Source: Acholeplasma sp.
Lineage (GTDB): Bacteria; Bacillota_I; Bacilli_A; Acholeplasmatales; UBA5453
Direction of reading: 5' to 3'
Assembly: GCA_036677365.1 (NCBI GenBank)
Contig: JAVBWN010000035.1
Coordinates: 1-43,674 of the forward strand
DNA: 43,674 bases
Shown here piece after piece: positions 37,101-43,674 of this stretch. The notes beneath the pieces are model-generated. The model was not told the DNA's origin, searched no databases, and was given only the letters and a program-made list of their open reading frames with translations. Position numbers and translations under genes: made by a program. Each line of letters starts with the position of its first letter. The stretch's first letter is position 1.

Positions 37101-37731
37101 ATTCAGTACTTTTAAGGAGAACTACCTCAGCTTCCCTAAGTATGTTTTATTTCATCCATTCGATGGGTATGAAGAATTCAAACGTTATGAAAAAGGCAAA
37201 ATGAGTGTAGCCATTACATTCATCTTGTTATTCGCATTCCTTCGCATCTTCACCTATCAATACGAAGGACCACTCATCAATAACCGTAACCCAATGTTGT
37301 TAAATTCATTGGAGGAAATTTTCTCAGTGATTTTGCTTGTTGCGATATTCACCGCTGCAAACTGGTCTGTGACCACACTGATGGAAGGTAAAGGCAAATA
37401 CAAAGAAATCCTCATGGTAACAGGGTATGCATTGTTCCCCATCATCATCGTTGGGTTTCCTGCCGTGATTATTTCCAACTTTTTAACCCTTGAAGAAATG
37501 GCATTTTATACCTTAGCTGTATCGATTTCATATGTGGCAGCGGGTTGGATGTTATTCATGGGTATTTTAAACATCCACAATTATGGTCTGTTCAAAACCA
37601 TTTTAGCGTTTATTGCGACATTCATCGCGATGGCGGTATTGATGTTTTTAGGGTTATTATTCTTTGATTTAATCCAACAATTTATTTCATTTGTAGCCTC
37701 CATTTACAATGAAATATCGTTGAGATATTAG
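37081..37731 (+). CDS. Yip1-family membrane protein
   Basis: HPFDGY, ANW.VTTLMEGKG, YAL.P motifs; about five TM segments. Start is ATG 37081 or 37090 after GGAGG. Confidence 0.78.
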   Translation: MSYMKTKFSTFKENYLSFPKYVLFHPFDGYEEFKRYEKGKMSVAITFILLFAFLRIFTYQYEGPLINNRNPMLLNSLEEIFSVILLVAIFTAANWSVTTLMEGKGKYKEILMVTGYALFPIIIVGFPAVIISNFLTLEEMAFYTLAVSISYVAAGWMLFMGILNIHNYGLFKTILAFIATFIAMAVLMFLGLLFFDLIQQFISFVASIYNEISLRY

Positions 37732-37743
37732 GAGGCGATCGAT

Positions 37744-40308
37744 ATGAAACTTAAAATATGGATTGGCATCCTCATCCTTTCAATTGGCATCGTGACTTAT
37801 CAAGTCGCATTCAAACTTAAACCTGCCAACATTCAATTCCCTGAGTTGATTGCCTATGATGAAACTGGGTTTATCGATGGGGCTAACTTAACAGATTCGA
37901 ATAAACTGGTGGCTTCAAACACCCACTTTGAATTGTATTTAAATGAAAACAATACGTACTTCAAAGTCGTCGACAAACGAAACGGTGAAGTGTGGCAATC
38001 GAACCCATCCATCCCAGACCCTTGGGAAGCAGAATCGGGTAAAATCACCCCAACTGCTGTGGAAAAACAAAAAGCCACACTGGAAGTCCAATATGTGGAT
38101 GCAAATGGTTCTTTGACGACGATCAACAACTATAAATTCGCCATCAGTCATCCGGAAAGTAAGCTATCCGCAGCAGGACAACGCACCTATAAAATCAAGT
38201 ATTTATCGGATGGTTTCCAAGTACTATACATGTTAGAAGACTTAGAAGTCGACTATCTATTCTTCCCTAAGTTTTTAACTAAAGAAACCATGGAAACACT
38301 GGAAGATCGCTCAATTTTAGAACAAATCGCTTATACCAAGTTCGATGAAGCCACAGGTTTATATGAAATTGCCCGTTATGAAACCATGAGCCGTTTGGTC
38401 ATCAACCGTTTATATGACATTTTCTATGGCAAACTGGGGTATACCCGTGAACGTGCCATTGAAGAGAACTTCAGTTATGGCTACACAGAAGAATATGAAA
38501 AAATTCGTTTTCAAATCGGCATTGAAGTTAAATTAACCGATAAAGGCATTGAAACCGCCATCATGAGAAATACACTTCAAGAGTTTGGTGGTTCAAGAAT
38601 TTCAAGCATCGCTTTATATCCGATGTTTGGGACAGCGATCTCTGAAATTGCTGGTGTCCCAACCGAAGGTTATATCGTCTTGCCGGATGGTACTGGCGCT
38701 ATTATGAATTTCAATAATGGCAAATACTATCAAAACCCATACCGTAAACGTCTGTATGGACAAGATTTGGCATTGCTTCCATTTAAAATGCGCGAACAAC
38801 AACAAGACATCACCATCCCTGTCTTTGGTATGGTTAAAGAACAAGGCGGGTTTGCAGGCATCATCACAGCTGGGGACGCCATGGCAACCATCAATGCCGA
38901 CGTATCTGGTCGTATTGACTCTTATAACAATGTCTTCGTATCATTCAATCTAAGAGAATCGGAGGCCATTACTTTGGGTACCCCATCGGTACCGCATGGC
39001 ATCACCTTATGGACCAAACCGATAGTTCGAACTGACTTTGTTGTTGCCTATGAATTCTTGACAGGCACTAAAAATTCGTACGTGGGTGTCGCTGAAAGCT
39101 ATAGAAATCATTTGATGGATACTTATGGTTTAACATTATCGGATAACACCAATCAAACCATCATCACAGCAGAATTTTTAGGGGCCTACGATAAGAAAGA
39201 ATTCTTCTTAGGTATCCCTTATACCACCACTCGTTCATTAACCACATTCAAACAAGCTCAAAAGATCATTTCACAGATGCAAGACTTAGCCATCGATGAT
39301 ATCAACGTCATTTATTCAGGCATCTTCAATGGCGGTCTATCACAAAGCATTGAAACCAACATCAACATTGAACGTGTCTTGGGCGATGGGGCTGGATTTA
39401 ACCGTATGGTTTCAGCGTTAGAAGCAAAAGATATACCTGTTTACGCTTCTATTAAATTGATGACCGTCAATGGATACCGTCGTTTTTCAGACCAATATAC
39501 GTATACTGCGAAACGCATCACCGGGAATAATGCCTACCTATATGAATATCATTTTCCAACCGGATTGCCTTATTCAGAAACGATGTACCCACACAGCGAT
39601 GCCGATTACATTGTGAACCCACAATATTATCAAGCCATCTACAACAAATTGGCTAAAGATTTTAAACACGAATATTTGGATTTATCAATGCTGGGTAATT
39701 ATTTAACAGGTTCTTATGATAAAACCAACATCATTTTTAAACAAGACGCGTTACGCCTTCAACAAGCCATCTTAGCGTCTTCTGATCGAAATTTGATGCT
39801 TAGAAATCCGATGGGATTCGCGATACCTTATGCGAATTACATCACCGATTTACCAACCGATACCACATTATATGCCATCATCGATAACCAAGTTCCACTC
39901 TTACAATTGGCATTGTCAGGTTTAGTCGATTATGCAGGCAATTCAATCAACATTATTTCCACAAGAAGCATTGAGTATAATTTCTTAAAAGCCATCGAAA
40001 CCGGGTCTAACCTGAAGTATACGTTGACCTATGATGACTCTAGAGAACTCCTCAACACCGAATACAATCAGTACAACTCCACGTATTATAAAAACTGGTT
40101 GAATTTGATGCAAGCACAAAAAGCTGAATTAGACAATCTTGGCATCCACCAAGGCCGTTTGATTCATCATGAAATCATCGCACCAAATGTTTATAAAGTC
40201 ACTTATGCCCATGGGTTAGAAATCGTCATCAATTACAACTTGACCCCAATCAGTTATCAAGGACAATTCGTCTTCGCCATGAATTATAAAGTGGTAGGGG
40301 GGAACTAA
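37744..40308 (+). CDS. DUF5696-like large extracellular protein (possible glycoside-hydrolase-like barrel)
   Basis: N-terminal anchor; V.DKRNG.VW.SNP, GYIVLPDG.GA...F, PVFG, SYVG.A..YR, LTTF.QA, VP..Q....G, IETG motifs; position after Yip1. Confidence 0.7.
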   Translation: MKLKIWIGILILSIGIVTYQVAFKLKPANIQFPELIAYDETGFIDGANLTDSNKLVASNTHFELYLNENNTYFKVVDKRNGEVWQSNPSIPDPWEAESGKITPTAVEKQKATLEVQYVDANGSLTTINNYKFAISHPESKLSAAGQRTYKIKYLSDGFQVLYMLEDLEVDYLFFPKFLTKETMETLEDRSILEQIAYTKFDEATGLYEIARYETMSRLVINRLYDIFYGKLGYTRERAIEENFSYGYTEEYEKIRFQIGIEVKLTDKGIETAIMRNTLQEFGGSRISSIALYPMFGTAISEIAGVPTEGYIVLPDGTGAIMNFNNGKYYQNPYRKRLYGQDLALLPFKMREQQQDITIPVFGMVKEQGGFAGIITAGDAMATINADVSGRIDSYNNVFVSFNLRESEAITLGTPSVPHGITLWTKPIVRTDFVVAYEFLTGTKNSYVGVAESYRNHLMDTYGLTLSDNTNQTIITAEFLGAYDKKEFFLGIPYTTTRSLTTFKQAQKIISQMQDLAIDDINVIYSGIFNGGLSQSIETNINIERVLGDGAGFNRMVSALEAKDIPVYASIKLMTVNGYRRFSDQYTYTAKRITGNNAYLYEYHFPTGLPYSETMYPHSDADYIVNPQYYQAIYNKLAKDFKHEYLDLSMLGNYLTGSYDKTNIIFKQDALRLQQAILASSDRNLMLRNPMGFAIPYANYITDLPTDTTLYAIIDNQVPLLQLALSGLVDYAGNSINIISTRSIEYNFLKAIETGSNLKYTLTYDDSRELLNTEYNQYNSTYYKNWLNLMQAQKAELDNLGIHQGRLIHHEIIAPNVYKVTYAHGLEIVINYNLTPISYQGQFVFAMNYKVVGGN

Positions 40309-40309
40309 C

Positions 40310-41236
40310 ATGCAGAATATCCAAAAACCCATGAAGATGACAAAAAACATCAATAAATATCATAAACAAAAACAATTTTGGTCGATGGTATTCTTACTCC
40401 CTTGGATGCTAGGCATTGTATTCTTATTTGGTATGCCTTTAATCCAATCGTTCTTGTATTCATTCTTTAAACTCACACCACGTGTCGGTGAAATTGTATT
40501 AGAATTTGTGGGCATGGGGAATTACCTATTCGCTTGGAATACCCACGTCACTACAGTCAGTAGTTTCAAAGTAGAACTCATCAACACGGTGACAGATGTC
40601 GTCATCAATTTACCAGTATTGCTCATTTTCAGTTTATTCATCGCGGTCATGTTGAATGCGAAATTCAAAGGCAGAGCTGTTGTTAGAGCGATATTCTTCA
40701 TCCCAGTCATCCTAAACTCAGCTGCGGTTGCAACCGCTTTGGGTGGGGGAGACATCATTACACAAATTTTGGAACAACAAAACATTGGACAACTATTTGA
40801 TTTGGAATATTTCCTCGTTCAAACGGGTCTGGATCAAGTGATTGTTGGCTTCATCAGTGGATTGATTGGTCGTATTTATGACATCCTCGCCTTGGCAGGT
40901 GTCCCAATTCTACTCTTCTTAGCCTCCATTCAATCCGTACCGAAACATTTATATGAAGCGGCAAAGATTGAAGGTGCAACCGCCTACGAGATGTTCTGGT
41001 TGATTACATTACCAAACGTATCCCCGCACATCATCACAGTCACTGTGTATGCTTTGGTGGATACCTTCTTAACCTCATCGGTTTCAGGCATCATTTCCGA
41101 TGAACTCAATAAACAACAATGGGGCGTATCCTCCGCGATGTCTTGGATGTATGTCGGTTCCATCATAGTCATCCTATTAATCATCTTCTTACTGGCAAAA
41201 ATATTTGGAATTGGAGGTTCACACTATGAAAACTAA
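40310..41236 (+). CDS. Carbohydrate ABC transporter permease (MalF type), second pair
   Basis: FVG.GNY, FKGR...RAIFF.PV, LYEAAKIEGAT..E.FW.ITLP. Confidence 0.92.
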   Translation: MQNIQKPMKMTKNINKYHKQKQFWSMVFLLPWMLGIVFLFGMPLIQSFLYSFFKLTPRVGEIVLEFVGMGNYLFAWNTHVTTVSSFKVELINTVTDVVINLPVLLIFSLFIAVMLNAKFKGRAVVRAIFFIPVILNSAAVATALGGGDIITQILEQQNIGQLFDLEYFLVQTGLDQVIVGFISGLIGRIYDILALAGVPILLFLASIQSVPKHLYEAAKIEGATAYEMFWLITLPNVSPHIITVTVYALVDTFLTSSVSGIISDELNKQQWGVSSAMSWMYVGSIIVILLIIFLLAKIFGIGGSHYEN

Positions 41237-42236
41237 TGTCCTCCAAAAGATTCAAACGTATTATGAAAAGAAGAAGACTGAAATCAAAGACACGTATTTC
41301 ACACAGAAGTTGAATGCGAAAAGAAAACGCGATTTCCAAGCGTTCTTCGGGTCATTCTTCCGCTATGTCTTTTTAATTGGTTTGTGTTTCGTCATTTTAT
41401 TTCCAACCATCCAACAAATCCTTCAAGCTTTAAGAGCCCCTGAAGATGTGAATAACCCTGCGGTAATTTGGATCCCTGAAATATGGTCACTCAAGAACTT
41501 GGAACTGGCTGTATTGGTATTGGATTATAAAGATGCACTCATCAATACAGCAACCATGTCATTCATTTCAATGGTTTTACAGTTGTTCTCAACCGCATTG
41601 GCTGGGTATTCATTCTCAAGACTTAAAAACAAAGTGACGAATGTGTTGTTCATTTTGGTCATCTTGACCATCATCATCCCACCACAAGCGTTATCGCTTT
41701 CCCAATACTTGTACTTTAGAGACCTCAGGTTAATCGGTAAGCAATCATCGATTTACTTGATGAACCTCTTAGGCATGGGGATTCGTTCAGGTATTTTCAT
41801 CTTCATTTTCAGACAATTCTTTGCGGGGTTGCCTAAAGAACTTGAAGAGTCTGCCCAAATCGATGGTGCAGGGGTATTTAGAATATTCTTCTCAGTCATG
41901 TTACCAAACGCCCGTGGGGCGATGGTCACGGTCGGTCTATTCTCATTTGTTTGGGCATGGAACGATGCGTATTATGTCAAGATATTCGAAGTATCGACCG
42001 CCGATTTCCCACTTTTGACGATGAGATTATTGAATGCTGCAGAAAACATGTATGCCCAACTATTTTATACGGGTGGGCTAGACTTGGTTGGACAAGATGT
42101 ATGGGAAAATCCATTGTTCTTAGCACTCATCAGTAATGTCGCTGCCTTACTCATGATGTTGCCATTACTCATCATGTATTTATTTGTTCAAAAACAATTT
42201 GTTGAATCGATTGAAAGAACCGGCATCGTCGGTTAG
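41226..42236 (+). CDS. Carbohydrate ABC transporter permease (MalG type), second pair
   Basis: AGYSFSR, FRQFFAGLPKELEESAQIDGAG, FVWAWND, QKQFVESIERTGIVG. Start at ATG 41226 after GGAGG. Confidence 0.92.
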   Translation: MKTNVLQKIQTYYEKKKTEIKDTYFTQKLNAKRKRDFQAFFGSFFRYVFLIGLCFVILFPTIQQILQALRAPEDVNNPAVIWIPEIWSLKNLELAVLVLDYKDALINTATMSFISMVLQLFSTALAGYSFSRLKNKVTNVLFILVILTIIIPPQALSLSQYLYFRDLRLIGKQSSIYLMNLLGMGIRSGIFIFIFRQFFAGLPKELEESAQIDGAGVFRIFFSVMLPNARGAMVTVGLFSFVWAWNDAYYVKIFEVSTADFPLLTMRLLNAAENMYAQLFYTGGLDLVGQDVWENPLFLALISNVAALLMMLPLLIMYLFVQKQFVESIERTGIVG

Positions 42237-42244
42237 GAGTTCAT

Positions 42245-42883
42245 ATGTTCATAGAAAAACCCTTTTTCCAAAAAATCAATCAAATCAGTGACTGGGTATT
42301 GCGTTTGGTGATCATCAACACGTTGGTCATTCTGACGATTTTACCCATCATCACACTCTTTTTGGGGCTATCTACCGGATACAACACCTTAAGAGACCTT
42401 TGGAGAAAAAAGGAAAAAGGGTTATTCAGAACGTATGTTAAACACTTAAAGTACCGTATTTTTCACAAACTTTTGTTGGGATTGGTGCTGGGTGTGATTA
42501 TTTTGGTGGGCTATCTCAACATGACTTATTATGTTGAACTCATCGAAACCACACCAACCTTATTCTACCAAGCAGGCTATTACATCACATTGTTCTTTGT
42601 GGTGATGATGCTTTCTGTATCATTGTATTTGTTACCCATCGTCTATGCTAAGCCTCTTTTGGGCATCAAAGCATCCATCAAATTGGCTTTTTATGTGGCG
42701 GGTAAATATATCATAAGAACAGTATTCTTGTTACTCACACCAGCATTATTGTTATTCTTGTTGCTCACCTCATTCACTTCCATGATATTTGTCTTACTTG
42801 GTGTCAGTGGTTGGTTGATGGTGATGGTTTTAATCACCGATGTGGTGGTGGATTTGGTAGAGGAGATGAATCGTCGTGATTAA
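42245..42883 (+). CDS. YesL/DUF624-like membrane protein
   Basis: D...L...N.L.IL..LPIIT start, 4-5 TM segments; typical position after sugar ABC permeases. Confidence 0.68.
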   Translation: MFIEKPFFQKINQISDWVLRLVIINTLVILTILPIITLFLGLSTGYNTLRDLWRKKEKGLFRTYVKHLKYRIFHKLLLGLVLGVIILVGYLNMTYYVELIETTPTLFYQAGYYITLFFVVMMLSVSLYLLPIVYAKPLLGIKASIKLAFYVAGKYIIRTVFLLLTPALLLFLLLTSFTSMIFVLLGVSGWLMVMVLITDVVVDLVEEMNRRD

Positions 42884-43674
42884 ATTAGGCATTGAGCAAA
42901 TCGGTCTATATCGATCGCTATTTGAAGGTAAACGTGTGGGTTTAATCACAAACCCTACAGGTGTCAATCAACAGTTCAAATCGACGATTGACATTCTCCA
43001 TGAAGTATCCACGTTGGTAGCGCTATTTTCACCAGAACACGGGGTTAGAGGTAACGTTCAAGCAGGCGTTAAATTAGACCCGTATATCGACAAAGAAACC
43101 AACGCGATGGTGTATTCACTCTATGGTGAAACCCGAAAACCAACCGAAGCGATGATGTCTGATATCGATATACTTTGTTTCGATATTCAAGATGTGGGTG
43201 CGCGATTTTACACCTATATCTACACCATGGCATTCGCATTAGAAGCATGCAAGACCTATGGCAAGAAAATGGTTGTCTTCGACAGACCGAATCCCCTTGG
43301 TGGGGTAGTTGTGGAAGGTAATCTTTTAGATTTAAACTTTAGAAGTTTTGTCGGGTACTATTCCATCCCACAACGCTATGGTTTAACCATTGGCGAACTG
43401 GCGAATTACTTTAATGATTTAGGTGATATTCACGCCGACCTCACGGTCATCTCCATGGCGGGTTATCACAGAAGTATGCATTTTAAAGACACCCAGGTGC
43501 CCTTTGTATTACCATCACCGAACATCCCGACGCCTGAAACCATTTATGCGTATATGGCGACTTGTTATTTTGAAGGAACCAACCTATCCGAAGGCAGAGG
43601 TACGACCAAACCCTTTCAAATATTTGGTGCCCCATGGTTTAATAGCAAAGCGGTTCTAGAAGCTTTAAAACCAT
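42876..43674 (+). CDS. namZ: Exo-beta-N-acetylmuramidase NamZ (DUF1343/YbbC), truncated by window end
   Basis: Manual translation from GTG 42876: MIKLGIEQ...GKRVGLITNPTG...ALFSPEHGVRG...SLYGETRKP...FDIQDVGARFYTYIYTM...DRPNPLGG...SPNIP...EGTNLSEGRGTTKPF. No signal peptide. Not in the ORF track. Confidence 0.93.
   Translation, partial: MIKLGIEQIGLYRSLFEGKRVGLITNPTGVNQQFKSTIDILHEVSTLVALFSPEHGVRGNVQAGVKLDPYIDKETNAMVYSLYGETRKPTEAMMSDIDILCFDIQDVGARFYTYIYTMAFALEACKTYGKKMVVFDRPNPLGGVVVEGNLLDLNFRSFVGYYSIPQRYGLTIGELANYFNDLGDIHADLTVISMAGYHRSMHFKDTQVPFVLPSPNIPTPETIYAYMATCYFEGTNLSEGRGTTKPFQIFGAPWFNSKAVLEALKP

Noticed and set aside
1390..43659. Many 60-164 aa ORFs antisense or out of frame within long genes (e.g. 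29323-29817, 25840-26193, 43423-43659)
   Set aside because: They lie inside well-supported genes and show no recognisable motifs; 43423-43659 is an alternate frame within namZ.
1..43674. CRISPR array, retron or other defence system
   Set aside because: No regularly spaced repeats or recognisable cas, RT or defence genes; repeats seen are protein-domain duplications.

Overview
Low-GC bacterial chromosomal segment using genetic code 11 (TGA acts as stop in ATGA overlaps; tRNA-Trp has a CCA anticodon). Gene and lipoprotein style suggest a Bacillota-derived organism, plausibly a wall-less Acholeplasmataceae mollicute; this is inference and cannot be proven from the window. The first ~6 kb holds the 3' end of a tnpB gene with its IS200/IS605-type right end (missed by the ORF track), degV, a 74-bp IS3-type MITE, a SRAP peptidase, a GH13 amylase, two membrane proteins, three tRNAs (Gln, His, Trp) and a GNAT. 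From ~5.9 kb to the end is an apparent ~38-kb peptidoglycan/amino-sugar scavenging locus: nagA-nagB, a NAGPA-family phosphodiester glycosidase, an lctBCD-like Etf/D-lactate dehydrogenase, a MurR/RpiR regulator, anmK, three GHL10 (DigH/YddW-like) domains in two genes, an AmiE-like serine hydrolase, a large surface Amidase_2 lipoprotein, an unknown surface protein, a 10-gene ABC module (two binding proteins, four permeases, NHL, Yip1, DUF5696-like, YesL-like) and a namZ gene cut off by the window edge. Cre/LacI-like operators overlap several of the locus promoters.
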